Below the pieces are notes generated by a model. It saw only the letters and a list, made by a program, of their open reading frames with translations. It did not search any database and was not told the origin of the DNA. A DNA stretch of 64,000 nt from a virus (lineage: Duplodnaviria; Heunggongvirae; Uroviricota; Caudoviricetes): the IMG/VR virus record IMGVR_UViG_3300045836_000008. One strand, written 5' to 3'. A program made the translations under genes and the position numbers. The stretch's first letter is position 1; each line of letters begins with the position of its first letter. This document shows, in pieces, positions 55,520-64,000 of the stretch.

Positions 55520-56033
55520 CGAACTGACCGTAGCTGCACAACAGATGCAGAACGCGTTCAAGGATTTGGACGCAACCTTCGGCACTGAAGGCGAGAACGC
55601 ACTGGCCGTGATTGAACCACGCCAGCTTGTCGTGCAGCCGGTCATCGAAGATCGGCCTGTCAGTGTTGAAGACCGACAAAACGACATCGCCGTGGTTCGC
55701 GAAACGCTGCACCGCGTGATGTCGAAGAGTGAAGATGCGCTGGACATCATCTTGCAACTGGCCCGCCAGTCGGAACACCCACGTGCGTTCGAAGTGGTTG
55801 GTCAGATGGTCAAGAATGTGTCCGATGTCGCGTCACAGATTGTGGACCTTCACAAGAAGGTGAAGGACATCGAGAAGCCGACAGAGAATCCGCGTGAAGC
55901 GGCCCTGAACGGCGGCAACCACATCGAGAACCAGAACAACATCGTCTTCACCGGTACGGCGGAAGACCTGTTGGATGCGATGGCTGCAAAGCGCGAGAAA
56001 GACGCGGGTATGGTGATCGAGAATGGTAGCTAA
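55512..56033 (+). CDS. gp16: Terminase small subunit
   Basis: SEHPRAFEVVGQMVK, NNIVFTGTAEDLL; directly upstream of gp17. Confidence 0.88.
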   Translation: MTNELTVAAQQMQNAFKDLDATFGTEGENALAVIEPRQLVVQPVIEDRPVSVEDRQNDIAVVRETLHRVMSKSEDALDIILQLARQSEHPRAFEVVGQMVKNVSDVASQIVDLHKKVKDIEKPTENPREAALNGGNHIENQNNIVFTGTAEDLLDAMAAKREKDAGMVIENGS

Positions 56034-57732
56034 ACTCATTTTGCGTGACCACGTTCGGGGCAACAAGAAGATTCGCCCCGATGGCTGGAAACACCCGTAC
56101 ACCGAATGGGAACTGGAAGAGTTCCAGAAGTGTGCGGCAGACCCGATCTACTTCATCCGCAACTACGTGAAGATCATCTCACTGGACAAGGGCATTATCA
56201 ACTTCGATATGTTCCCGTTTCAGGAGAAGTACATCCGCATGCTGTTGGAGAACCGCAAGTCCATCTGTAAGTTGTTTCGCCAAGGCGGCAAGACGACTTG
56301 CACGGCTGCGGCTATCTGCTGGTACATCATCTTCAACAAGAACAAGAACGTCGCAGTGCTTGCCAACAAGTCGAAAGGCGCTCGCGAAATCTTGGCACGT
56401 ATCAAGCTGATGTACGAAGAACTTCCGCAATTCCTGAAGCATGGTGTGCGGGAGTGGAACAAGGGTTTCATTCAGCTATCGAACGGTTCGAAGGTCACGG
56501 CTGACGCAACGTCTGCGAACGCAGCGCGGGGTAGTTCGTTGAACTGGCTATACCTTGACGAATACGCGTTCGTGGGCGGCAACATTGCCGACGAATTCTT
56601 CACGTCCGTGTTCCCTACGCTGTCATCTGGTAAGACGACGAAGATCAGTATCACATCGACGCCGATTGGTTACAACCACTTCTGGAAGATGTGGGACGAA
56701 GCCGAGAAAGGTATCAATGGCTTCCAGACCTTCACGGCTGACTATTGGGAACGTCCGGGCTATGACGAACAGTGGGCGGCAGATCAACGCCGTGTGCTTG
56801 GTGACTTGAAGTTCCGACAGGAAATCTTGATGGCCTTCCTTGGGTCATCGAACACCCTGATCGCGGGCGACTTCATCGCCAAGATGACGCCATACGAGTA
56901 CATCTTCGAGAACGATGATGGGCTTGATGTCATCGAAGCGCCGACACCGGGCCACACCTATGTCGGTATCGTGGACACGTCGCGTGGTGTTGGTGGTGAC
57001 TCGTCTGTAGTCACGATGATCGACATCACCGAAGTTCCATACAAGCTTGTCGCCAAGTACAAGTCCAATACAGTGCATCCGATGTTGTTCTCTACTATCT
57101 GTTACAAGATGGGGAAGGACTACAACGATGCGTTCCTGTTGGTCGAAATCAACGACAACGGCCAGTCGATCAGTGATGCACTGATGCACGACATGGAATA
57201 CGAGAACCTTCTATGGGTCAGCAAGGGCAAAGGTGGTCAGCAAGTCTCTTCCGGGTTTGGCCGGTCTGGCGCAACGGTTCAATCCGGTGTCCGAACTGAC
57301 AAGCTTGTGAAACGTGTTGGATGTTCCACGCTGAAGACCCTGATCGAAGAAAACAAGCTGCTGGTCAATGACCGCGACTTCATTCAAGAGTTTTCGACGT
57401 TCACGGAAATCAAGGGTTCATTCGCGGCAGACGTGGGTTATCACGACGACCTTGTGATGACACTGGTGCTGTTCGCATGGCTGACCAATTCACCGTACTT
57501 CAAGGAACTGACCAACGTCAACCTTCGTACAACGATCTATCAACAGCGGATCGAAGAGATTGAAGCCCATTTGACGCCATTCGGCATTCGCGACAACCAC
57601 ATCGATCAGGAACAGGAAATCGAAGTGATTGATCGAGACGTGTGGATGGTCGAAGACGCCGACCGAACGAAAGACTTCTTCCGACGCACTATGCAGGTTG
57701 GAGAATGGCCGGGAATGTACACAAACCGTTGA
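56023..57732 (+). CDS. gp17: Terminase large subunit
   Basis: RQGGKTT Walker A, LYLDEYAF Walker B, STPIGYNHF, VDTSRG, HDDLVM nuclease motifs. Confidence 0.97.
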   Translation: MVAKLILRDHVRGNKKIRPDGWKHPYTEWELEEFQKCAADPIYFIRNYVKIISLDKGIINFDMFPFQEKYIRMLLENRKSICKLFRQGGKTTCTAAAICWYIIFNKNKNVAVLANKSKGAREILARIKLMYEELPQFLKHGVREWNKGFIQLSNGSKVTADATSANAARGSSLNWLYLDEYAFVGGNIADEFFTSVFPTLSSGKTTKISITSTPIGYNHFWKMWDEAEKGINGFQTFTADYWERPGYDEQWAADQRRVLGDLKFRQEILMAFLGSSNTLIAGDFIAKMTPYEYIFENDDGLDVIEAPTPGHTYVGIVDTSRGVGGDSSVVTMIDITEVPYKLVAKYKSNTVHPMLFSTICYKMGKDYNDAFLLVEINDNGQSISDALMHDMEYENLLWVSKGKGGQQVSSGFGRSGATVQSGVRTDKLVKRVGCSTLKTLIEENKLLVNDRDFIQEFSTFTEIKGSFAADVGYHDDLVMTLVLFAWLTNSPYFKELTNVNLRTTIYQQRIEEIEAHLTPFGIRDNHIDQEQEIEVIDRDVWMVEDADRTKDFFRRTMQVGEWPGMYTNR

Positions 57733-57748
57733 GTTTGTCAAGCACTTT
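57714..57748 (-). promoter_or_regulatory. Possible antisense sigma70 promoter facing gp17
   Basis: On minus: AAAGTGC-TTGACA-16nt-TACATT; 13-nt identity with the 13751-13763 promoter region. Confidence 0.45.
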
Positions 57749-57766
57749 CTGAAAAGTCCATTTTCG

Positions 57767-57773
57767 CTAAATA
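57767..57773 (+). promoter_or_regulatory. Late promoter (CTAAATA) for gp18
   Basis: Intergenic, upstream of the AGGAG RBS. Confidence 0.75.
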
Positions 57774-57844
57774 GTAAGTCACAAGAGATATGAAGGGCAT
57801 CCCCATCTCGGTGTGATGCCCTTTTCTAATTTTAGGAGAACTGC

Positions 57845-59731
57845 ATGTTTATGCTCTCACCGGGCGTCAACGTACAAGAGTACGATGCGACCAATATTGT
57901 GCCCGCTGTCGCAACTACGGCGGGTGGTTTTGCAGGGACGTTTCAGTGGGGTCCGGTCGAACAGATCACGACCGTCGATTCCGAAACGACTCTGGCTAAT
58001 GTGTTTGAAGGCCCGAATGACAACACTGCGGTTTCGTTCTTCACGGCTGCGAACTTCTTGGGCTATGGCAACAACCTGCAAGTGGTTCGCGTTGTCGGCC
58101 ACAATGCGGTCAATGCTGTCGCTTCTGGCACACCGGTTCTGATTAAGAACGTCGATACGTATAACGCAAACTATCTGAACGGCCAAGGCGCTGTCGGTAT
58201 CGCTGCTGCGAAATATCCGGGCGTCAAGGGCAATGCCCTGAAGGTGTCGATTGCCAATGCTGCTGCATACTCGCAAACGCTGAATGGCACGATCACGACG
58301 ACCGCGAACAGTGCTGCTGTTGCTGGTGTCAACACGACCTTCGACACGCAAGTGACGGCTGGTTCGTTCCTGTACACGTCTGACGGCAAGCTGATCGGTC
58401 AAGTGGCATCGGTGTCGAGCGCAACATCGCTGATCCTGAAGTCACCGGCTGCACAAGTCGTGGCTGCTGCGAATGGCCGTGTCGATTGGGAATTCAAGTC
58501 AAGCTTCTCGGGCGCACCGAACACGTCTGATTGGGTTTCGAACCTGTCTGGCCTGAACGATGAAGTTCACGTGGTTGTGGTCGATACGACTGGTGTCTTC
58601 TCGGGCACACCGAACACTGTTCTTGAAACGTATCCGTATGCGTCCGTCGCAAACGATGCGAAGAAGGACGATGGTTCGACCAACTACTACAAGGCGCTGT
58701 TGAACGGCAGTTCGAAGTACGTGTGGTGGATGGGCCATCCGGTTGCTGGTACGAATTGGGGCCAACCTTCGGCTGGCAACTCGTTCGCTCAACTGACCAA
58801 GCCTGAAACTGCGCAACTGATTGGCGGTGTGTCTGATGACGTGCTGACCGACGCAATGGCTATGACCGGTTTCGGTATGTTCGCCAACGCGGAAACGGTT
58901 GACGTGTCGCTGATCCCGGTTGGTGGTGCTTCGCTGGTCGTGGCACAGTACGTGATCCAAGACATCGCTGAAATCCGTAAAGACTGCGTGGCATTCGTGT
59001 CACCGCAACTCTCGTCAGTGGTGAACAACGTTGGTCTTGAAGCTGCATCGATCATCAACGACCGCAACACCCTGAATGTCGCATCGTCATATGGCGTGAT
59101 GGACACTGGCTACAAGTACCAGTACGACCGCTACAACGATGTGTACCGCTGGATTCCGCTGAACGGCGACATCGCTGGCCTTTGCGCACGCACTGACCAG
59201 ACGAACGATCCGTGGTGGTCCCCGGCTGGTTTCAACCGTGGTCAGATCAAGAACGTCATCAAGCTGGCTTACTCACCGGGTAAGACCGACCGCGACCTTC
59301 TGTACCCTGTTGGCATCAACCCTGTTGTTACCTTCAAGGGCGAAGGCACGGTTCTGTTTGGCGACAAGACTTTGCTTGCGAAGCCTTCGTCATTCGACCG
59401 TATCAACGTTCGTCGTCTGTTCATCGTGCTGGAAAAGGCGATTGCAACTGCTTCGAAGTACCAACTGTTCGAATTCAACGACGCATTCACGCGTGCGCAA
59501 TTCCGTTCCTTCGTGGAACCGTACCTGCGTGACGTGATGGGCCGTCGCGGTATCCAAGACTTCTTGGTTGTGTGTGACGATTCAAACAACACACCGCAAG
59601 TGATCGATGGCAACCGCTTCCGCGCGTCGATCTACATCAAGCCTGCACGCAGCATCAACTTTATCGAACTGCAATTCATTAGCACGCCTACTGGTGCGCA
59701 GTTCTCCGAAGTGGTCGGCATCGCTGGCTAA
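57845..59731 (+). CDS. gp18: Tail sheath protein
   Basis: LSPGVNVQEYD, FQWGPVE, FFTAANFLGY, WWSPAGFNRG, RINVRRLF, KPARSINFI. Confidence 0.97.
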   Translation: MFMLSPGVNVQEYDATNIVPAVATTAGGFAGTFQWGPVEQITTVDSETTLANVFEGPNDNTAVSFFTAANFLGYGNNLQVVRVVGHNAVNAVASGTPVLIKNVDTYNANYLNGQGAVGIAAAKYPGVKGNALKVSIANAAAYSQTLNGTITTTANSAAVAGVNTTFDTQVTAGSFLYTSDGKLIGQVASVSSATSLILKSPAAQVVAAANGRVDWEFKSSFSGAPNTSDWVSNLSGLNDEVHVVVVDTTGVFSGTPNTVLETYPYASVANDAKKDDGSTNYYKALLNGSSKYVWWMGHPVAGTNWGQPSAGNSFAQLTKPETAQLIGGVSDDVLTDAMAMTGFGMFANAETVDVSLIPVGGASLVVAQYVIQDIAEIRKDCVAFVSPQLSSVVNNVGLEAASIINDRNTLNVASSYGVMDTGYKYQYDRYNDVYRWIPLNGDIAGLCARTDQTNDPWWSPAGFNRGQIKNVIKLAYSPGKTDRDLLYPVGINPVVTFKGEGTVLFGDKTLLAKPSSFDRINVRRLFIVLEKAIATASKYQLFEFNDAFTRAQFRSFVEPYLRDVMGRRGIQDFLVVCDDSNNTPQVIDGNRFRASIYIKPARSINFIELQFISTPTGAQFSEVVGIAG

Positions 59732-59744
59732 TAGGTGAGAGATT

Positions 59745-59767
59745 GGGGAGACAAGTTCTCCCCTTTT
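59745..59767 (+). terminator. Rho-independent terminator
   Basis: ggggaga-caagt-tctcccc then TTTT. Confidence 0.8.
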
Positions 59768-59777
59768 CGCTTTCCGC

Positions 59778-59784
59778 CTAAATA
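59778..59784 (+). promoter_or_regulatory. Late promoter (CTAAATA) for gp19-gp20
   Basis: After the terminator, about 30 nt before ATG 59814. Confidence 0.75.
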
Positions 59785-59813
59785 TTACAAACCCAAATTT
59801 CGGAGTACGATAA

Positions 59814-60383
59814 ATGGCTGATACAGTCTACTTCAACGTGGACCAGTTCAAGGCACAACTGGCTGGTGGCGGCGCTCGTCCGAACCAGTTCTTCGTGCAA
59901 CTAACCTTCCCCGCTACTGTCGCTTTGGGCGCACTCGCTATCCAATCGTCACCGTTCCTTGTGACGGCTGCTTCGATGCCGGGTTCGCACATTGGTCAAG
60001 CTACGGTCAAGTACCGTGGCCGTGACGTGCCGCTGGCTGGTGATCGTTATTTTGATGCTTGGACCATCAACATCCTGAACGACAACAACTTCACGATCCG
60101 CAATGCAATCGAAGACTGGATGAACCAGATCAACGATTTGCAAAACGCTTCCGGCGAACTTAGCCCTGCTAAGTATCAAGCGGACATGTTGGTTACGCAG
60201 TTGAACCGTAACAACCAACCGCTGAAAACGTATCAAATCCGTGGCGCGTGGCCGGTTGACCTTAGCGATTCGCAACTTGATTTCACGGCGAACGATCAAA
60301 TCTCGCAATCAAGCGTGACGTTCCGTTACCAAGACTTCAAGACAACCTTCACGCCGCTGGCTGGTATCATCTCTGGTGGTTAA
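59814..60383 (+). CDS. gp19: Tail tube protein
   Basis: GGGARPNQF, YRGRDVPLAGDRYFDAWTINILND, IRNAIEDWMNQI, GAWP. Confidence 0.95.
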   Translation: MADTVYFNVDQFKAQLAGGGARPNQFFVQLTFPATVALGALAIQSSPFLVTAASMPGSHIGQATVKYRGRDVPLAGDRYFDAWTINILNDNNFTIRNAIEDWMNQINDLQNASGELSPAKYQADMLVTQLNRNNQPLKTYQIRGAWPVDLSDSQLDFTANDQISQSSVTFRYQDFKTTFTPLAGIISGG

Positions 60384-60385
60384 TA

Positions 60386-62083
60386 ATGCAAATCTTCGGT
60401 TTCACTATCGGCGGTAAGGGGAAGAAGCTCGCACAAGATGTCGAGCAAAAGCTTCCTTCCTTTGCCATTCCTGTTGACGATGACGGCGCATCTACCGTAT
60501 CTAATGCGGTAGGTCACTTCGGCACGTTCATTGATCTTGATGGGGCTGCTAGGACGGAATCCGAACTGATTTCTCGGTATCGCGAGACGGCGAAATACCC
60601 GGATTGCGATACCGCTGTCGAAGAAGTCTGTTCAGAAGCCATCTCTACCGAAGACGACGAAGATGTAGTCAAGCTCAACCTTGATGATGTGCCGCTGTCC
60701 AAGAACATCCGCAATGTCATCGAAGAAGAGTTTGACGAAATCCTGAACCTGCTGGACTTTGATAGTCGGGCACATGATATTTTCCGTCGATACTATGTCG
60801 ATGGTCGTATCTACTACCACAAGCTTTTCGACCCGAAGAATCCGGGTGCTGGCATTCAGGAACTTCGGTACGTCGATCCGCGCAAGATCAAAAAGATTCG
60901 AGAAGTCGAGAAGAAGAAAGACGAAACGACTGGTGTTGAAATCTACACCAAGGTCATCGAATACTTCGTCTATTCCGAGAACGGCTTCACTCGCAACAAC
61001 GGCTACACTGCACCAAACAACACAGCACAGGGCGTCAAGATCGCGCCTGAAGCTATCACCTATGTTACGTCCGGTCTGATTGACCTTGACCGTAACATCG
61101 TCCTAAGCCATCTGGACAAGGCTATCAAGCCTACCAATATGCTTCGCATGGCTGAAGACTCGATGCTGATCTACCGCATGGCACGTGCGCCTGAACGTCG
61201 CGTTTTCTACGTGGACGTTGGCAATCTGCCGAACAACAAGGCGGAACAGTATCTAAAGAACATCATGAATCGTTTCCGCACGAAGATCGTCTATGACGCT
61301 TCGACCGGCGAATTGCAGGACGACCGGAAACACATGTCCATGATGGAAGACTTCTGGCTTCCGCGTCGTGAAGGTGGTCAAGGTACGCAAGTCGATACAC
61401 TCGAAGGTGCGCAAAACCTTGGCGTGGTTGACGACATCAACTACTACCAAACGAAGCTGTACAACGCCCTGAACGTTCCGGTGTCTCGCATGCAAGGCGG
61501 CAACCCGCTTAACTTCGGACGCCAAATGGAAGTCACGCGTGACGAACTGAAGTTCGCGAAGTTCATCTCCCGACTGCGCCGCAAGTTTTCAGAAATTTTT
61601 GACGATTTACTGAAAACCCAACTGATCCTGAAGGGCGTCATCACCCCGGAAGATTGGGATGAAGTCCTGAAGCCGAAGATCAAGTATGTCTTCGCATCTG
61701 ACATCTATTGGGCTGAAGCGAAAGAGATTGAGAACCTTCGCAACCGCGTCGAAATCCTGACCGAACTCGATCCTTACATCGGTGTGTACTACAGCAAGGA
61801 ATGGGTTCGCAAGAACGTGCTGAAGCAGTCCGACGAAGAGATTGAAGAAATCGAAAGTCAGATTGAAGCAGAACGCGAAGTGATGGCTACTGACGCTGAC
61901 TTCATGGGGCAACTGGCTGCTGCGAAAGAGATGCCAACCATGCAAGCACAGGCCGATGTTCAGACTGACCAACAGATGAACATGATGCAAGCACAGGCCA
62001 AGACCGACATGGCGATGCAAGCACAAGCCGCGAAACTCGCACCCAAGCCCGCAGCGAAGAAACCTGCTGCAAAGAAGAAATAA
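60386..62083 (+). CDS. gp20: Portal protein
   Basis: IFRRYYVDGRIYYH, SHLDKAIKP, IYRMARAPERRVFYVDVGNLP, EDFWLPRREGG. Confidence 0.97.
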   Translation: MQIFGFTIGGKGKKLAQDVEQKLPSFAIPVDDDGASTVSNAVGHFGTFIDLDGAARTESELISRYRETAKYPDCDTAVEEVCSEAISTEDDEDVVKLNLDDVPLSKNIRNVIEEEFDEILNLLDFDSRAHDIFRRYYVDGRIYYHKLFDPKNPGAGIQELRYVDPRKIKKIREVEKKKDETTGVEIYTKVIEYFVYSENGFTRNNGYTAPNNTAQGVKIAPEAITYVTSGLIDLDRNIVLSHLDKAIKPTNMLRMAEDSMLIYRMARAPERRVFYVDVGNLPNNKAEQYLKNIMNRFRTKIVYDASTGELQDDRKHMSMMEDFWLPRREGGQGTQVDTLEGAQNLGVVDDINYYQTKLYNALNVPVSRMQGGNPLNFGRQMEVTRDELKFAKFISRLRRKFSEIFDDLLKTQLILKGVITPEDWDEVLKPKIKYVFASDIYWAEAKEIENLRNRVEILTELDPYIGVYYSKEWVRKNVLKQSDEEIEEIESQIEAEREVMATDADFMGQLAAAKEMPTMQAQADVQTDQQMNMMQAQAKTDMAMQAQAAKLAPKPAAKKPAAKKK

Positions 62084-62087
62084 CCCG

Positions 62088-62117
62088 TCCCGATCAGGGT
62101 AAATATTCTGATCGGGA
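62088..62117 (+). promoter_or_regulatory. Late promoter (GTAAATA) in the loop of a 10-bp inverted repeat
   Basis: tcccgatcag-ggtaaatatt-ctgatcggga. Confidence 0.65.
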
Positions 62118-62134
62118 ATAACACAGGTCCAATC

Positions 62135-62452
62135 ATGGAAGACATTAAGAAAGGCGCATTCCACGCGTGGCTAGGTAAGTCGGAAAGCGAACCCATCACT
62201 GAAGAAGACATTCAGAAGGGTCTTGCTTCCGATGACGAACACGTTCGCAAGATGGCTGAGTTCGCCAAGAACTCGAAGGAATGGCATCACGAAAGCGTGA
62301 ATGAAAATTCGTTCATCGGCACGATCCTATCGAAAGATTTCAGTGCCGCTGGCGATATGTTCAAGAAGATGATGTCGGAAAAGATGACGGTCGCGCTCCA
62401 AGCACGTCGCATCGAACTCGCACAATCGCTCTACAAAAACAAGGCCGAATAA
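62135..62452 (+). CDS. Prohead core protein (gp67-like C-terminal part) with an N-terminal extra module
   Basis: Follows the portal gene; C-terminal FKKMMSEKMTVALQARRIELAQSLY resembles small core proteins. Confidence 0.55.
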   Translation: MEDIKKGAFHAWLGKSESEPITEEDIQKGLASDDEHVRKMAEFAKNSKEWHHESVNENSFIGTILSKDFSAAGDMFKKMMSEKMTVALQARRIELAQSLYKNKAE

Positions 62453-63027
62453 TGAACTTCGCAGAATTCCGCAAACAGAACGGCGAACAGGCACCACACA
62501 CGCCAGAAAAGACGGAACCTGCTGATTCACAAGTCACTACTGGCGAGACTGAGAAGGAACACCAGAACAAAGACCTTCTGAAAATGAAGGATGGCTCTGT
62601 CTGGATTCCACGTGGTCCCAAGATTCAAGCGCCGGGTCTGACTACTGAATCGAAGAACAAGGTTCACCACAAGGTCAAGATTCACTTCGCATCGGGCAAG
62701 ACGGAAGAACGTCTGATCGATGACGATGAACTTGGCGTCATCAAGCGCAACGCAAAGGTCACGAAGGTGATGCACCTTGGCCGTTCGAAGGTCAATGGCG
62801 AATTGCTTGAATACTCGCTCGATGAAGCCAACAACGCAGAAACCGTGTTCCACCACAAGGACGGTCGCAAGGCTGTAATCAACAGCTACAAGTATGCGGA
62901 CCCGTCACTTGGTACGGACCACTACGTACACATCACCAACTCTCGCGCCACGGTGTTTGATGGCGACAAGGGTCTGGAAAAAGCACACAAGCTGCTGAAG
63001 AAGCTTGGTTTCCAAAAGGCTGAATAA
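62452..63027 (+). CDS. Putative prohead-internal protein
   Basis: MNFAEFRK N-terminus and several L/I-x-x-E sites; lies in the core-gene cluster. Confidence 0.55.
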   Translation: MNFAEFRKQNGEQAPHTPEKTEPADSQVTTGETEKEHQNKDLLKMKDGSVWIPRGPKIQAPGLTTESKNKVHHKVKIHFASGKTEERLIDDDELGVIKRNAKVTKVMHLGRSKVNGELLEYSLDEANNAETVFHHKDGRKAVINSYKYADPSLGTDHYVHITNSRATVFDGDKGLEKAHKLLKKLGFQKAE

Positions 63028-63029
63028 CA

Positions 63030-63416
63030 ATGACGGCACTCGTTCAAACAGTCCTGAAGAATACGCACACAGAAGCCGTGGTCAAGATCACCGGCACTGG
63101 TACGGCTTCAATTCCGCTGTCGTCACTGGCCTTCGGTGACGAGACGTACACCGCAGCTAAAGCTTCAGTCGAGATTCGCAAGGTCTGGGTTTCGCAACCC
63201 CCAACACAGGAAGTCACCGTGACCCGCAATTCGGTTGCCGTACTTCAGTTGTTCGGTAGTGCTGAACTTTCTGATGACCAGTACAAGATCAGCGACCAAG
63301 CATCACAAGACATCTCGGTTGTCACGGCTGGTGATGGCACTGTCATTCTCACCCTGCGCAAGTCCGGTGGATTCGACTATCCGTACCGCGCTGATAACCT
63401 GACACAAGGTGCATAA
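63030..63416 (+). CDS. Conserved head-region protein upstream of gp21
   Basis: Beta-rich 128-aa ORF in the T4-like core cluster. Confidence 0.7.
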   Translation: MTALVQTVLKNTHTEAVVKITGTGTASIPLSSLAFGDETYTAAKASVEIRKVWVSQPPTQEVTVTRNSVAVLQLFGSAELSDDQYKISDQASQDISVVTAGDGTVILTLRKSGGFDYPYRADNLTQGA

Positions 63417-63418
63417 GC

Positions 63419-64000
63419 ATGAAGCTGATTACTGAACTCTACGATGAAGTAGAACTGCTGACCGAAGGTACTGGCGCTGACAAGCAACTGTACATCCAAG
63501 GTATCTTCGCACAGTCGAACATCGTCAACCGTAACAAGCGGAACTACCCGAAAGCACACATGGAATCGGCAATCCAGAAGTATGTCGATGGCTATGTGTC
63601 CAAGAATCGCGCTCTCGGTGAACTCAATCACCCGCAACGCATGCAGGTTGATCCTGAACGTGCTTGCATGTTGATTAAAGAACTCACATGGGACGGCAAC
63701 AACGTCATCGGTAAGGCCAAGGTTCTTTCTGAAGGTGTTGGCAAGGTCGTGCGTGGTCTGATTCTTGACGGCGTAAATATTGGTGTATCGACACGCGGCG
63801 GCGCTTCTGTATCCCTGCGTGAAGGTGTCACCTACGTTGGTCCTGACTTGACGTTCTCTGCTATCGATGTCGTTACTGATCCGAGCGGTCCTGACTGCTT
63901 CGTGAACGGCATCATGGAAGGCGTTGAGTGGATTTGCGAATCCGGTGTCTGGAAGATGGAAAAGATCGAACAGGTACAGGAAATCATCAAAGAGACGCCT
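63419..64000 (+). CDS. gp21: Prohead core scaffold protease, truncated at the window edge
   Basis: Translated by hand: MKLITE...LYIQGIFAQSNIVNRNKRNYP...ALGELNHP...GVSTRG...DVVTDPSGPDCFVNGIME. Confidence 0.95.
   Translation, partial: MKLITELYDEVELLTEGTGADKQLYIQGIFAQSNIVNRNKRNYPKAHMESAIQKYVDGYVSKNRALGELNHPQRMQVDPERACMLIKELTWDGNNVIGKAKVLSEGVGKVVRGLILDGVNIGVSTRGGASVSLREGVTYVGPDLTFSAIDVVTDPSGPDCFVNGIMEGVEWICESGVWKMEKIEQVQEIIKETP

Noticed and set aside
56023-62083. Introns or inteins in terminase, sheath or portal genes
   Set aside because: The ORFs are uninterrupted and of normal length, with no intein splice or LAGLIDADG/HNH motifs recognised
180-63831. Many long shadow ORFs in the track (e.g. 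180-575, 9014-9646, 20922-21806, 37732-38922)
   Set aside because: They lie antisense or out of frame to well-supported genes, lack RBSs and reflect codon bias of the real genes
1-64000. tRNA/rRNA genes or an alternative genetic code
   Set aside because: No cloverleaf or T-loop context was found in the intergenic gaps, and core genes read full-length in the standard bacterial code

Overview
This window is a 64-kb slice of a large T4-like myovirus genome with balanced-to-GC-rich composition, covering most of the virion morphogenesis region. In order it holds: gp26 (truncated at the left edge), a rightward early island with repeated sigma70 promoter cassettes, gp54, gp2, gp4, gp48, a thioredoxin, gp53, two putative head-packaged ADP-ribosyltransferase-like proteins, a gp27-like hub and PAAR protein, and a leftward early island. 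Next come gp5 (two predicted peptidoglycan hydrolase domains), a structured non-coding interval, a second leftward island, gp25, gp6, gp7 and gp8, a fibre plus a glycine-rich gp38-like adhesin, and an AsnB-like/cupin/2OG-Fe(II) enzyme cassette. The right part holds a 2074-aa VrlC-like structural protein, a fibre/receptor-binding protein cluster with shared docking motifs, gp13-gp20, prohead core-region proteins and gp21 (truncated at the right edge). Late promoters match (C/A)TAAATA. No tRNA, rRNA, CRISPR array, integrase, transposase, intron or intein was recognised. All family assignments come from motif recognition by eye, not database searches. Several starts were moved from the ORF track to the best RBS or coupling position.
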